This document shows, piece by piece, positions 12,272 through 27,520 of a stretch of 64,000 nt of DNA (its first letter is position 1; the number at the start of each line of letters is the position of its first letter). The notes beneath the pieces were generated by a model. That model saw only the letters and a list, made by a program, of their open reading frames with translations. It had not been told where the DNA came from and made no database searches. The position numbers and the translations under genes are program-made. The DNA comes from Octopus bimaculoides (Eukaryota), in NCBI RefSeq assembly GCF_001194135.2, contig NC_068983.1:29358263-29422262 (forward strand). Reading direction: 5' to 3'.

Positions 12272-14432
12272 CTAAAACAAAACAGTTTAGAAAATTAGTG
12301 ACAAAAATATTTACACAAAGCAAAATTACATTATTTATGGATAAGTAACTGATATAGTAAAGAAATCTTAAATTTTATCAGGGATTTTGTACCAAGTAGA
12401 AAAAAGTGTATGTTTACAAAATTGAAAACAAGATGATAAAGAAGAGAATATTTGAAATAGTTTGGAAAGGAACCAAGAGTGTTGTCCCAGAGACCCACTA
12501 AGACAGTACTGTTATTTGGATCTAAAATATTTGCATCAGTAATTGGTTTTTTTTTTACATCTTTTATTCAGAAGGAAAGGCAGTACTTATAACCTTTTAC
12601 AGGACTCTCATGACTAGTGGAAGTTAGAGAGGATGGCATCCTTAGATATAGAACTTGGTCATAATGTTTGCAACAGAGCAAATTTCTCTAAAACACTCAA
12701 TGCACCAGGTGGTGGCAGTAGTGGTGTTACAACCAGGTGATTAAGTTTATTGCCCAAGTAGACCATGGTGGGATTTGAACCCAGAGCACATACCACAAAG
12801 TACACAGTCCAACATTTTCACACATCTGTCAATCTCCTATTATAACTGGTATATTATTTTTATTAGCCCCCAAAGAATGAAAAGTAAAGCTGACTTTGGC
12901 AGAATTTAATTTCAGAGAAATGGCTCCAACTAGTGAATCTAGTGCATCAGAAAGAGAAGCTGACTGTGCTCAGCAATCAGCTCCTCACATTATAAAAATT
13001 CTAAGAATATCCTTAATTAACGTGGTAGCAGAAATACCCAATTGCTATTTGCAATACTAATTCAGTTAAAGAGATTCATTTAAAATAAAACACACACAGT
13101 TTGTTTAATAGTTTAGTCAGAGTCTCCAAAGCTGGTAGGCAAAAGGAAAGCAACCAAATCTGGCCCCAAAACTTGAAAGAGTGAACTCCACTGAAGACAC
13201 ACATAGGGCTCAATGCAGAGGTTAAACCAGGTGACAAGATCAATTACAAACCGTCTAACAGGATTTTGCACTGTTTCTATCAACTCAATTTCACTCATAA
13301 GGCCTATATTTCACTATCTGCCCCTACACACACACACACACACGCAGATTTCTAGTTAGCTTTTTAATGCTTCTTGTATAATATTTTATCACAAGCTTAA
13401 ACTACTGTTTTCCTCTTATCATATGAAAAGCATCTATGAGTACCTATTCTCTAAAATATATTATAAGAGATGAGAATTAAACTTTTGTTCCCTTTCCAGC
13501 TGAATGTCTATGCTGGTACTTCAATAACATATATTAACTTGTTTTAACCCTCATTCGGATGTATGTGCAAACATCTACACTAACCGGTTAAGACTCCACC
13601 ACTTAGTTTCTCAGTACCTTTACTAAATTTCAATACGCCACATACATTTGGTTCCAGGTCTCAAGTTCTTTTCCCAACTCTATTTTCACTGCAGATGGTT
13701 TAGTTCAGGGATCAGCCAGTTGCAACAATTGGAACAAGCTAAGAGGTCTTACAAAGGTAACGAGCACTGCTCTTAGACATAAATGCATGGTTAAGTGGTT
13801 CACTTGCCTACAGTGTGACACCTTGGGCAAGTGCTTATTACTATAGCCCCAGGAGGACTAATGCTTTTTGAGTGAATTTAGTAGATAAAAACTGGGAAGT
13901 CTGTTGCGTGTGTGCACACACATACACGTGTGCAGGTGCACATAGACATGTTGATATTCCATAGTACCACTAAATGCTCTTGTTAACTTTATGATTGGTT
14001 GCTCTGCATTTCTTAAGATTGTGAAATTTAAAAAAAGATCAAACCTTTACTTGAAAAACTACTGGAAGGTTGGCAATAGTAAGAGCTTCCAGCCATAAGA
14101 ATCCTGCCTCAAATCAATGCCTGAGCAAGCCGTGCTAACAGGGCAAAACAAATAAAAAAGCTAAAAAAACTTTCATTCTAAACATTGTCTGAAATTCATG
14201 CAATTACATCAATCATACCAGGTTAGTCGCACCTACAAAGGTCACGAGCATTGTCCTTCACCCAACAATTACTTATAATTCCAACCCCCACCCCACTAAT
14301 CAGTTTGATGAATGAGTCAAGATTTTTTATTGACATAAGAAAATATTTTGTTACAGCTGTTTTTTTTTTTAAATAAAAAAAATTCACACACACATATGCA
14401 ATTGATACAGATGTGTGTGTGTGTGTGTGCAA

Positions 14433-14472
<40 letters not shown>

Positions 14473-14598
14473 CTACAGAGTTTTACATTTTTAATGAAAG
14501 AAAATAAAAATGCAAGAATGAACTATTCAGTTACAAAGTATTCAAACAGAGCTGCTGAAATTTGAGCAGAATTAGCAAAACAAAATAGTATTATAAAC

Positions 14599-14765
14599 CT
14601 TGTAGGTGTTTGGTGGGCAAGTTCTCTTACACTCCTTGTCATGATAAACATGTCTGCAAGCAAGGCAGTCTCTAGCTGTTGGTCCTCTACAGCCACCAAG
14701 GCAATTTTCATGACAGCAAGAACCATTCTGCTGGCAATAGCCTTTTCGATTTTCACAAAGGCAAT
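14599..14765 (-). CDS. InR: Insulin receptor furin-like Cys-rich exon
   Basis: tttcatttcag|AT ... TAC AAG|gtttat; 167 nt, phase 1-0. (D)CLCENRKGYCQQNGSCCHENCLGGCRGPTARDCLACRHVYHDKECKRTCPPNTYK. This is a different frame from the listed ORF. Confidence 0.95.
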
Positions 14766-15575
14766 CTGAAATGAAAGAAATTTGATGGTAACTGTTAAGA
14801 AGCTATTTAAATTTAAGTTCATACAAAGAGTAAATGTGGATGTAATAATGTTTTAAAACAAATATCAGCAACAAAGTCATTGCCCCCAATTTTTTTGTAG
14901 AAGTTGGTTATTTCTTGATTTATTTCAAAAGCTAGCCCCAGGTTCTGTCTCAGAAATATTTCTTTAACTGTATAGTTAATAAAGGCTTGTTTTTGTTAAC
15001 ATTTAAAAGAACCTTGACATTACACACACACACACACACACATACAAAGTTTTTAGACCAAAGCACTGGAAATAGTAAAACCAGAATTGTCAAATGTGAG
15101 AAAAAAAAAAAAATATATATTATTCAGATTTAAAGTAGCGTGTTTTTAAATAGTTCTTTTTCTTTTTATATATACAAAAAAAAAAAAAAAANNNNNNNNN
15201 NNNNNNNNNNNNNNNNNNNNNNNNNNNNNNNNNNNNNNNNNNNNNNNNNNNNNNNNNNNNNNNNNNNNNNNNNNNNNNNNNNNNNNNNNNNNNNNNNNNN
15301 NNNNNNNNNNNNNNNNNNNNNNNNNNNNNNNNNNNNNNNNNNNNNNNNNNNNNNNNNNNNNNNNNNNNNNNNNNNNNNNNNNNNNNNNNNNNNNNNNNNN
15401 NNNNNNNNNNNNNNNNNNNNNNNNNNNNNNNNNNNNNNNNNNNNNNNNNNNNNNNNNNNNNNNNNNNNNNNNNNNNNNNNNNNNNNNNNNNNNNNNNNNN
15501 NNNNNNNNNNNNNNNNNNNNNNNNNNNNNNNNNNNNNNNNNNNNNNNNNNNNNNNNNNNNNNNNNNNNNNNNNNN

Positions 15576-15576
<1 letters not shown>

Positions 15577-15628
<52 letters not shown>

Positions 15629-16225
15629 GGAGAAGAATAAGATTCACTGGAGTTAAGAAGTAACTAGTTGGATAGAGAAGTATAAGCTGTTACTAGAGAA
15701 AAGTTTAAGTGCTATGAACATTTGACAAGAATAGATGATTAAGTTTTCCTATAAAAATAGCAATAACAACTTTTAGTTAGATATTTGGAGTCTATGTAGG
15801 AGATAGATAGAGAGAGAGTGAGGTGGGGGAGAATGATAAATAAATGGATTTATAGTTGGTTGAATGGTCTTTTTAGAAAAAGAAAAGAAAAAACTAGATC
15901 ATCATAAAATTTACATAAAAAAAAGAGTGTTTAGCAGACAATTCCTATAGAACTGAAAAAGTGCAAAAAGGAAAGAAAAACAAAACAATTAAGACATAAT
16001 GGTTGAACGTATAGTAGAAATACACAAAAATCTAGGCAAGTAGAATGGTTGACTACTGAGTAAAGTGTTAAAATATGAAAGGTATTGCTGCCAGAAAGTA
16101 ACTTGCATGCAGTGGAATGCAGAAGCTGGTAGACACTGCAAATTGTTGAAGTAGATCATGTAACTTAACATCCTATAACAGCAACATCACAAAATCTTCT
16201 GCTACATCTATTTAATACATACGCT

Positions 16226-16276
<51 letters not shown>

Positions 16277-16319
16277 NNNNNNNNNNGAGAGAGAGAGAGA
16301 GAGACAGACAGAGAGAGAT

Positions 16320-16373
<54 letters not shown>

Positions 16374-16378
16374 GGAGA
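15577..16378. repeat. (AG)n microsatellite tracts adjoining assembly gaps
   Basis: Long AG runs at 15577-15626 and 16227-16378. (TA)n, (CA)n and (GAT)n tracts occur throughout the window. Confidence 0.9.
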
Positions 16379-18749
16379 GGAAAATTTGCAACTGAAAAAA
16401 AAAAACATGCAGTAAAAAAACATCTATGTAATGATAATTAAAAACAAAAATAAAACTGATTATTATGAATATTTTGTGTTTACAAATGAGGTAAGGAGGA
16501 AAGAGGAGGAGACAAAGCATTGTAAAAGTAAATTTTAAGTATTTCTAGTTTTAATGATATGAAGCATTTAGCCATTTCATGACCAATATATATTTTGAAA
16601 AAAACTGCCTATGGTGTTGCAACTAGTGTCAAAAATAATCGAAAACTTGGAAGGAATTTGGTAAAATAACTAACTTGTCTTAAAAAAAAAAAAACACCCT
16701 CTTACTGGTCCGAAGAAAAAAAAAACAAATTAAAATTAAGTTGGGGTATTGAACATAACAAAATAAAAGAAACCTAAATGAAATAATGATGTGAGGTTTT
16801 GATTTAAATTATGGAACAAAGTTTGACATTGTAGAACCAGATCTAATTCTTCGGCTAGTTCAATCAAAAGGATTCAACAGTGAAATCTACAAAGGAAAAT
16901 TAATATTTATAACCAATTAAAAATAATTTACTCAGAAATGTAGGGCTTTTGACTACCACCAGATCCCATCAATTTATGATTTCCTTAATTTGCAACTTTT
17001 ATTTGCAAACATTTTCAATAAAATTTGCTGCTATAGTTATTGAGTTTTGAATGATTTATCTTTTTTGTCAGAAGAACCCCAGAACTTGTAGTGGGGAGGA
17101 TAGAAGGTATCCTTGAACTGGGGACTTGATCTCAATGCTTATTACATAATGGATTCCACTAAAGAAGCTCAAACTGCCAGGTGGTGATGAAAGAGATTAG
17201 ATTCACCACCCAAGTAGGCCACAGTGGAATTTCAAATCAGAACACAGGGCCAGAAATATTGCAAAGCATCAAGGTCCCAATCCAATGTTCTTACAGTTCT
17301 GTCAGTACGGTCTGAATTGGTAGATTTTTTATTAGTCCCATAGGAATGAAAGGCAAAGTTGACATTCGCAAAATTTGAACTCAAGCAGTGAATCCATAGC
17401 ATCACAAAAGGAAGCTGATCAAGCTCTATAATTAGCTTCTCAAATTATAATAATTTGATGGTATCCTCAAACTGGAGAGCTAGCCTGGATGCTTGCAATA
17501 GAATAGACTCTACTAAAAGCACCCAGGTGGGTACTTTTAGTAGGTGGTGGTGACAGATTAAATTTACCACCCAAGTAGACCAGAGCTGGATCTGAAATCA
17601 GAATGAAAAGAGCTGGGGGAAAATGCAGTAGGGCATGAAGTCCAATGTTCTTCTGTCAGTCCACTGCCCTGGATCGGTATTTTTGTTATTAATCTCAAAA
17701 GAATGAAAGGCAAAATTGACCATAGCAGGATCTAAGCTCAGAACACAGAAAATTGGAACAAGTAAAAGACAAGAAACTCAAAGTAACATCTTAAAAGTGC
17801 TACAAATCTGTCAAATATATTTACAGGCAATTTGAGTGAACAAGAATCTTCTCATACCATCTGGTTCATTAGTCTAAAAATACATTGCATGAACTTACTG
17901 GGAGTCACATTCAGTCAGTGAACTTTCCAACATCAATTATAGTAGTTTGAAATACTTAATGAATTTAAAGATTTTATCTCTAATTTATTTATAGTTGGTA
18001 GTAATGATGAAATGTATTTGAGTTGAATTTAATATGAGCAATTTACACCAAGAAAGACCCAGTTAACACACTACTTAGTCCTTGGATGCTGTTACTCTTT
18101 AGCCTTTAAACTGGCCATATCTGGCCCAAACATTCTACTTTGTTTTACGTTCAAACTGACCAAATCTGGTTTCTCACCCCTACCCTACAATGTCATTCTA
18201 AAAATAAGCAATTACATCATTGAAATCTTGAAGCAATAAGACAATGATTGTTAATTCAAAACACTGTATAAATAAGTATTATATTTGACAGAATAATCTG
18301 AATGCTAAAAGGTTAATGGAGTCCATTCTGTGGCAAGTACTCAAGCCAGGTTTCTAGTACAGGATACCGTCCTTTCAGGTGAAGGACACTGAAAAGGATC
18401 ATATGTACTGCCTTACTCCCTGATTATGTAAGAAAAACAAAAAGCCACTAATAATTATAATAATTATATCAATTATATATTTAGATATTTTTTAGAGATA
18501 AGTTATGTAAGTAAAGTACATTAAAACTCAAGGTTATTAACCTAATTTTTTTTTACGTTTCATTTCATTTGTTGTAGGTCTTGATTGATTCATTCTTCTA
18601 ACATCTAGTGTCTGAAGATAATGTGCCAGAACATTAAGTGGGTAACCTAAACCATCTTCCTAGGCATGCGTAAATACATTCCTTACATCACATGGCCAAA
18701 ACCCATAATCCCTCCAAATCTTAAGTAATGTAGTATTAGTACAGGCAAA

Positions 18750-20050
18750 GAACATTGCTGACAACATCTGGAAGGAGTAACTTCACTTCCATGAACTGAC
18801 AACTGTTTTATCCACTGCTGCAACACCAGCAGGATGGCCATAAGGAAAACAAAAACATATCTTCATACACTACAGAGCCGTTATGTGTTCTTGCTCCACA
18901 AAATGACGTCTCCACTATTTTCAGACTTCCACTACTACTACTTTTCAATGAAGAAGAGGAAGACCATTGCTTATAAAATCCACTTCATCTGCTGCCTATT
19001 TTACTTCCAACTCAACATTGTGCATGCGCACATACACACACACACACACAAACTCCTCTCAACATCTCACCCATTCCATATACATCATCACCAAATGTGA
19101 AATCTCAAATCACTTCAGTGTAACAAAAAGCTCCCATTCAGAGTTAGATCCTGTTCATACCACTCTCTTCAGTCTTTCGTAAGCTCTAGTCCTGCTAACT
19201 ACCACCTTCAGTTACATCGCAAAAGTGATGGAAACAGTCATAATCAACTACATGCTTCATCACTAAATTCTTGCTCATCAGTCCTTCTTAAGTGACCAAC
19301 ACTATAGATACCTGAGAATCAGATCAGCAAGGACCTTGCTTTTCCTATGCGACACATCAGTAATCTTTTGACTATGAGAATTCTAGTGAAAGCAATGTTG
19401 TTGTTCTTGATATTATTAAAGCCTTTAACAATATCGGGTACAATAACCTCCTAGGCTTTGCCTATTTCTCATCTTTCAGACTGAAAATATGCTGCCAAAC
19501 CATCCCATCACCATGCACATTAACAGGCTCTCTTCAACCTACATTCCCTTAATTTTGGTGTATCTCAAGATGTGATTACCTTCAATATTCTTCCTTCAAT
19601 ACAGCAATGACCTATATGCTGTTACATCTAAACAATCAATTTAGATAGGATTGCATGGCTTCCATGAGCAAAGTCATCAAAAGTACCCTTCGCTAGAGAC
19701 ATTACAACCTAATTTACTTGAACAAAGATACAATCATTACAGTCTTGCAGTACAGCCTTCCTTGAGCACTATAACATAGAGACACTGAAAGAAAGCCCTC
19801 AAAGATGTTAAGAAAGCTTACACCTCTCAATCTTTGATAATTTTACATAGAGACTTACATATATGACATTACCAAAAATGCATCCTAAAGCCTAGGTTTT
19901 CTCATTAAGGTTAGAGAATACTTCAGTTTAATCAGCTACATACAGCCTATGCTATACAAAGCTAAAGTGGAACTTACATTAGAGTACTGATGCTACACAC
20001 AAGGACATTCTAGATATCTGTTCAGCTGATTGTAAAAAAAACAAAACTAT
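18750..20050 (+). mobile_element. Decayed CR1/L2-type LINE reverse transcriptase fragment
   Basis: Degenerate RT motifs in broken frames: PANY..., KVMETVI, SNVVVLDIIKAFN (xxALDxxKAFD) and GVSQ. Confidence 0.7.
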
Positions 20051-21157
20051 TCATCAAAATACATCAATCATAAGTTCTTGTATGCATGAATTTCTACTGT
20101 TTGCTTCATATATGACTACTATACAAGTTCTGCTGCATATCCTCTTCATAAAAAATATCTGATGTACCCATCCTTTACTCTTCTTGTTATCCCAATTATA
20201 TCTTATTTCATACCCCTGCACTACATAGTTTAACAAGTCATTTCCTTTGAATTTGCTATCCTCTAGTATTTCCTTCCCAGGCCACATTTTTAAAATTAGA
20301 AATTCAAATTGAACATCAATAATTAGCACCTCACCATCAGACCTAAAAAGGCCATGTGCACTACAATTCCTTTTTTGACTAATCACGCAAAGGAAAAAAA
20401 CCCCAAAAAAAAACCGGTTTTGCTTGATATACTGATTATTCTNNNNNNNNNNAAAACCGGTTTTGCTTGATATACTGATTATTCTACTTCACACACACAA
20501 GGCTTCTGCACAGTTTCTGTTTACAAACTTTCACTCACAGTGCTTTTGTCAATCCAAGGCTATGTTAGAAAACACTTTCACAAGGAGTTGAACAGTTGGT
20601 GATTGAATCTGAGAGTGGGAAACCATTTTATATTTGAAGGCACACTGAATTACAATATTTAAATGGCTTATAGTATCAAAACATAAATTTATCATAAATA
20701 AACACCATTATAAGAAAAATTCGAAAAAAAAAGAGACCGAGTAAATCCCAGAAAATCAACCTGTGTCTTAGAACTTAATGTCAGAGCTTGGGTTACTGAC
20801 AAGTGGTAATTGAATAAACAGTCTGCCAAAATTGACATGCCTCTTGTAAGCTTGTGTACCTTATCTGTCAAACACAGCAACTACAATCTAATAAACCTAC
20901 ACTACAAACATTTCTTTAAATCAATACAAAAAAATGGAATTATAAGCAAAGATTGCCAATGAGCATTGTTATGATGTTGTTCATTTCCAATCTTCAATGA
21001 GGAAATATTACCTTGCTTGGAAACAGATGAAGGTTGATGACAGAAAGGGCATCTGGCCATAGAAAATTTGCCTCAATATATTCTGTCTAATCCATGCAAG
21101 CACAGAAAATTGGACATTAAATAATGGTGATGACGACAATGATGTAATTATGAATAT

Positions 21158-21540
21158 GGCGCAGGAGTGGCTGTGTGGTAAATAGCTTGCTTACCAACCA
21201 CATGGTTCTGGGTTCAGTTCCACTGCGTGACACCTTGGGTAAGTGTCTTCTACTATGGTCTCGGGCCAACCAAAGCCTTGTGAGTGGATTTGGTAGACGG
21301 AAACTGAAAGAAGCCCATCGTATATATGTATATATATATGTATGTGTGTGTATATGTTTGTATGTCTGTGCTTGTCCCCCCCAACATTGCTTTACAACCG
21401 ATGTTGATGTGTTTACGTCCCCATAACTTAGCGGTTCGGCAAAAGAGACCGATAGAATAAGTACTAGGCTTCCAAAGAATAAGTTCTGGGGTCGATTTGC
21501 TCGAGTCGGATGACTGAAACAAGTAAAAGAGTAAAAGAGT
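21158..21540 (+). mobile_element. SINE family B copy
   Basis: Collinear with 1788-2203 apart from a short internal deletion near the 3' end. Confidence 0.88.
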
Positions 21541-24231
21541 ATGTAAGAAATAAAATCCTAAACTGTCCCTTTATAAATATTGCAATGAGTATATTATGTT
21601 ATCAACAGAATTATATTCTTTTTTATGCAAAACCAAAAACCTTTTTCAGAATTCTGTAGCACCCTACCACCAGCACTGTTTTAGGCGCTAAAAAAATCTC
21701 ACTAATTCCACCACCTTTGTTAATTGTTATCTAGATACTGGAATGTATCTACTGAGGCATCTGAGCTGTGCATCTTCATTTAAAGACAGCATTATGCTCG
21801 TAGCAAATCTAGAAGACATGATGCATGTAGCATTTATGTTGCCCACCAGTCAAACAGGGATGTCACTATACTTTCTGTGAATACAGCATTTATACTGATT
21901 TGGTATACCAACTGCATTCCAGACAAGACCAGTTGCAAACTGTTTTTGTTGGATTTTTTCTTCTTTTTTTAAAGACCATTGCTAATAATCAGTACCTTGT
22001 TACAAATTAACTTAATATACATATTAGTATATATTCAGATCTTTTAAATCAAAAACACAATTATTAGAAATTCTGAATTTCAACAATCTTTCAGACAAAA
22101 AAGAAAAAAAATCAAGGAATAAAAAAATGTTAAGACATTTGTTACAAGCAGTTTCATTAGACTTGGGTACATTCAAGATGTCTATCTAAAAATCTAAGAT
22201 GTAACACATTTATTGACACATAAGACACACTCTCACATAAAACACACCACTATTTTACAACTATATTTTGTGGAAAAAACAAATTTAGTTTCATTGTACA
22301 CCAACTGAAAGAGGTTTTAACCCTTTAGTATTTAAATTACTCTGCCAAATGCAATGCATATTTATTCATGTTGCTTTGAACTAATCATGCAATTATCTTG
22401 TAGCTTCGAGATTTTGACGATGTAACTGTTTGGTTTTAAAAGGATATTATAGAGTAGGTGCAAGAGGCTGGATCTGCCCAGTCTTAACATAAAACAGGCA
22501 GAATATTTGAGTCAAATATCACCAGTTTAAATGTTAAAAAGTTTAAGTGGTTTTGTAGAGGAAAAAAAAAATCTGAATTAGTGCATGTAAATACAATGTT
22601 GTGGCAGATACTAAAATAAAATGTGAAACCATAAATTCATCACAAATAAACTCCATTATATAGGAGTACCTTATTTCAGTTTTATCTTTTGTCAGATCAA
22701 TTGTAGAGCTGATCAAGTGAATTGCCCTATGTAAAAGACATTTCTAAATATGACGTTTTATGTAGTCACAATCAGCCACCAGAGTGGCACATCACTGCTA
22801 TGATTTTGTTGTCATCCACTTGTTACTATCAGGCTGTGATAATTTGGCTTCCTTTTATTATTTAATAATTATTGTAGCTAATGGACTTATGCTCATCTGG
22901 CTCCCTAGTCTAAGGCATTCGGTCTCTCATCTGCAATAATAACATTAACACAGGCTAATTTCTGGATACATTTAAAAATAAAAACAGCATGTCTTACACA
23001 CTAGTAAATATGGTATTTTGTTGTAGTTTTTTTCACTATAAAATAGTCTATATTTTTAAAATGTCATGTTTTTGCAAAAGGTCTGTCATTATTGTCAGCA
23101 GCACGGCCACTGTTGTGTCATCCTCCTCCTTTATGCGATATTTGAAACCAATTTCATATATGCTTGAAAACTGAAAAGCATACTCTGACTCTAGTCGGTA
23201 AAAATGGGACATTTGTTTGTATCTAGATTTTCATTATATATACACTGTCTCCCTTAGTATTGTAAGAGTCAAGTAAAAGGTTTGGTGACAGGAGGGTTCA
23301 TTTGGCCATATAACACTTTCTCAAAAAGTCCCGTCAAACTCATGATAGCATGGAGGAGTAGATGTAGAATGATGATTATGATGAAGATGATGATATTTGT
23401 GGTTGTTCTGAATTTGCACAAAATTCATAGAATTATTTGGTCATTGATTCAATGATAAAAACAAAATCTTTCTACAATCTTGTTAATCGAAATTAAATGT
23501 CTACTAACACATTACTGATTTCCCACAAAAAATACCAGAAAACTTCTTAACAATATCAAAACAGAAAAATAAAATAAAACACTGTCATAGTTGGAGATTT
23601 CCTAGCAGAAAAACACCTACAAGACAAAACAAGGGAGCCCCTACTTGGCCATTGAACTTGCTAAATCTAGCAGCCAATTCTCTTTCAAACCATACCCTAC
23701 CAGTTTTTAAAAAAATAGAGTCACACTGAATGGCATATTAACAGAAAAAAAAATGGTCACTAATGAAATGCCTTTGGTCAATAGGTTTACTCAATCAGGG
23801 TCAACCTTGGGTTAAACAACAATGACGGTGATCACAAAAACAACCATTCTTGCAAGAATTCAAGGAATAACTAAACATACACAGACCTGTCAGCTAAAAC
23901 ATAAAAATATTTTAAACCAGCAAATGGAGACAAGTAGTTCTATCATATTTAGTCTTTTAAGAGGGTATTTAGCTCTCAATAGCTTCCTTAAGCTAACAAG
24001 AAGCATGCTCTGCATAGAGCTTGTTATTAAAATAACATTTTAAAAGTTTCATGTGCTAAATAGATGGAATTTGACCTTAAATTAAATGGTCTTACTGCTG
24101 TTAAGTTTGAGCTGTTATTTAAACTGCTATAGGTCACAAATCTTTTAATTATCACTGCTGTGGAGTTTTTTTTTTCCTTTTCACAAAGTTAGAACTGAAC
24201 ATAATTAATAAAACTATACAGATATAGATTA

Positions 24232-24450
24232 ACCCTTCTGTTAACATATTTCTGTTGAAATACACAATCTTTGTTTAAATTAATTTTGAAAAATAATAAC
24301 AAATTTAGTAAAATAACTTTGTCAGCATTAAGCTGTTGTTTGGCACATAAACTAACATGAAATTTTGATGGATGGTTTTAGCTTTTTTTAACAGGGAAAT
24401 CACATCATCGAACCAAGGGTAGTTTCAGATGGGTTGGTAACAAAAAGGGC
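24232..24450. mobile_element. Second TTAA-type MITE family
   Basis: ttaacccttctgttaac...gtaacaaaagggctaa termini; related copy at about 37900-38085. Confidence 0.65.
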
Positions 24451-24743
24451 TAAAGAAATAGCTACCGCAAAAACTTTTTTGCATGAAGTCTACACCAAAT
24501 CATTCATTTTATCAAGAAAGATCAAAATCATGTGATCTGGGGATCCCAGCACTGAAGTTGATGGGTATTTATCTTCCCACTGTCAACATAAACAAACAAA
24601 GCGTGCATTCTGCATCAACAGTCTATATGAGAGTTTCTCTCATGGTATCTACTGCATTAAAGTTTGTTCTAACAGAATATCTATGTTTAAGTGGGAATAT
24701 ATACATATAATATAATATAATATATATAAATATATATATATAT

Positions 24744-25132
24744 CTTTCTTTTTACTCTCTTTTACTTGTTTCAGTCATTTAACTGTGACCATGCTGGAGC
24801 ACCGCCTTTAGTCGAGCAAATCAACCCCAGGACTTATTCTTTGTAAGCCTAGTACTTATTCTATTGGTCTCTTTTGCCGAACTGCTAAGTTACGGGGACG
24901 TAAACACACCAGCATCAGTTGTCAACCAATGTTGGGGGGTCAAACACAGACACACAAACATATATACATATATACGATGGGCTTCTTTCAATTTCCGTCT
25001 ACCAAATCCACTCACAAGGCTTTGGTCAGCCCGAGGCTATAGTAGAAGACACTTGCCCAAGGTGCCACATAGTGGGACTGAACCCGGAACCATGTGATTC
25101 GTAAGCAAGCTACTTACCACACAGCCACTCCT
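24744..25132 (-). mobile_element. SINE family B copy
   Basis: Reverse complement of the 1788-2203 consensus. Confidence 0.88.
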
Positions 25133-26470
25133 ATGTATATAATGAGCTTCTTTCAGCTTCTGTCTACCAAATCTACTCACAAAGGCTTTCATTGGCCTGG
25201 GGCTAGAGTAGAAGGCACTTGCCTCAAGGTGCCATACAATGTGACTGAACTCAAGACTATATGACTAGAAAGTAAATTTCTTAACTTAATGTTAATATAT
25301 ATATATAATAACCAAATATAACAGTGGAACTTCATATAAACTATGAAAGACACAAGCTGTTCTAGGTAGATTATCAATATTAGAAACGTAAGATATACAA
25401 ATTCACTGATATCTGAGGAAATGATAGAAAATGTAATTGACAGAATTTGAGACAGATTTATAATGTATAGGTTGTTGGTAAGTAGCTTCCTGTATGTTTA
25501 TTAACCACTGTTGAACCTGCACCATGGTTTGATGCTAGTGTACTCTATGTGAGTGGTGTGTATGCTACCATTTTCATACACAGAACTACCTATTCGTACT
25601 AATGCATGACTAAATATTCCAGTATTCATACCTTTATTGAGGCAGAATCAGTAACCGCATGATGCTTTGTAAAACGAAGTTAGCCCTTGGGCATGCATGC
25701 ACACACACACAGATTGCATTTATAATTTTAAGAGCCAACTGTGTCACATGCCGTGTTGTGTTGATTTGTCCTTAAGGTCTAAATTAAAAGTACAGATATA
25801 GGAGGAATACTCAGTAGGCTGACATTAGAAGTTCAGTTCCATTGATTGAACAATTAGAATGTTCATGAATGAAACTGACACAGATCCTTTCTTCAATTGG
25901 ATGGTTTCTAGCTACAACACATTTATTTTTGAGATTAAACACATCAAAGAATTCAATCACTAAAACAAGCTAAAACTATGAAATAAGTTGAAAGAAATAC
26001 TAGATCCTTTTTTTTTTTTTTTACATATATATTTAAGCTATATAGACTTCATACTTTCCAGGAAAGAGTATAGCTAGATAGTTGTGAATATTAAGACTTT
26101 TTACTAGAGAAGAATGAACTACTAAACATGGACTAATGATTAGTGGCCTCAGTATAAGAACTAGGTGGATTTAGATACGAAGTGGTTGGTGTTAGGAAGG
26201 GCATCCAGTCGTAAAATCCATGCCAAAACAGACACAGAAGCATGGTGCAGGCTCCTGCCTGGCCAGCTACTGTCAAACCATCTAACCCATGCGAGCATGG
26301 ATGGAGGACATATGATGATGAAGGGAATCTGGAGAAGGAAGGTTTGAAAACTGAAAGACAGAAAACTTGGGAGTTTGTACAAAGATAACATTCTGCAGGT
26401 CTTAGATGAGATTTGTGGCTGGGGCAAAGAATCAACCAGACGAGGGATGACATTGTAGTAGAAGAGAGCT

Positions 26471-26860
26471 GTTGTATTGTTGCTGGCACTCTGTCGCTTA
26501 TGACGTCGAGGGTTCCAGTTGATCCGATCAACGGAACAGCCTGCTCGTGAAATTAACGTGCAAGTGGCTGAGCACTCCACAGACACGTGTACCCTTAACG
26601 TAGTTCTCGGGGATATTCAGCGTGACACAGTGTGACAAGGCTGACCCTTTGAAATACAGGTACAACAGAAACAGGAAGTAAGAGTAAGAGAAAGTTGTGG
26701 TGAAAGAGTACAGCAGGGTTCGCCACCATCCCCTGCCGGAGCCTTGTGGAGCTTTAGGTGTTTTCGCTCAATAAACACCCACAACGCCCGGTCTGAGAAT
26801 CGAAACCGCGATCCTATGACCGTGAGTCCGCTGCCCTAACCACTGGGCCATTGCGCCTCC
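26471..26860 (-). mobile_element. tRNA-derived SINE (family A), full length
   Basis: Minus-strand head GGAGGCGCAATGGCCCAGTGG (A box) and GTTTCGATTC (B box), with a (CAA)-like tail. Probable target-site duplication tagaagaga(g/t)ct at 26459-26470 and 26863-26874. Confidence 0.9.
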
Positions 26861-26879
26861 TCTAGAAGAGATCTGTAGA

Positions 26880-27520
26880 TAGAGCCATAAAAGCTAAAAG
26901 ACAGGGCAGGAAAACCAGAAGAAAAGGGGCAGCAAAGAACAATATCAAATAGCTAAAAGGGAGGCTACAGAGATATTATTAGCAAGATAAGAGTTGGAAA
27001 TGAGTTCAGTGAAGAATTTAGTGGGCAAGTAAATGTCCATCAGGGCTCAGTATGCAGGATGTTTATGAAAGCTCACCAAGAAATATAAAAAGAATTTAAA
27101 ACTGGCTGTCTTTAAGAACTCCTATATATTAAATGTTCTAATACCTATAGCTGGATTTGTGGAAGAGTTAGCAAAGATACTTCATGTGTGAAAACAAAAT
27201 CAAGGAAACAAAGGACTCAAAGTAAACTTAGAGAAGGACTAAAATTTTAATACATAAGAAAGAAAACAGAACCCTATTGCCATGAAGTAAATGGCTGTGC
27301 TTGATATACAGAAAAGGAATAGATAAAAATTCCATGCAGTGCACCAAACATAAACCATAGGTACACAAGAAGCGCAGTGGAATCACTGTCAAGTTGACTG
27401 AGAGAAAAGACTTTGTATGTGATAGACACAAAGAAGTAGTTAGCAGTAAGAGCATCAGTGAAACAAATTCTTTCCAATACTTGGAATGCTCCACAGTAGT
27501 TGACTGTTTCTAAGAACAGG
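26880..27520 (+). mobile_element. Decayed RTE LINE fragment with remnant of a Cys/His finger region
   Basis: HKKRSGITVKLTERKDFVCDRH at about 27360-27430; inverse-similar to sequence near 4430. Confidence 0.55.

Noticed and set aside
14523-14822. Listed 99-aa minus-strand ORF (MNLNLNSF...)
   Set aside because: Wrong frame; the real exon (14599-14765) in another frame encodes the furin-like Cys-rich region.
15120-15647. Long ORFs spanning N gaps or microsatellites (also 56854-57435, 62369-63276, 16208-16520)
   Set aside because: Artefacts of X runs and (AG)n/(TA)n repeats.
20410-20485. 33-bp direct duplication flanking a 10-N gap
   Set aside because: Typical unmerged contig overlap, so an assembly artefact.
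26820-26860. tRNA-like A/B boxes as tRNA genes
   Set aside because: They are heads of multi-copy SINEs with tails and TSDs, not complete cloverleaf genes.
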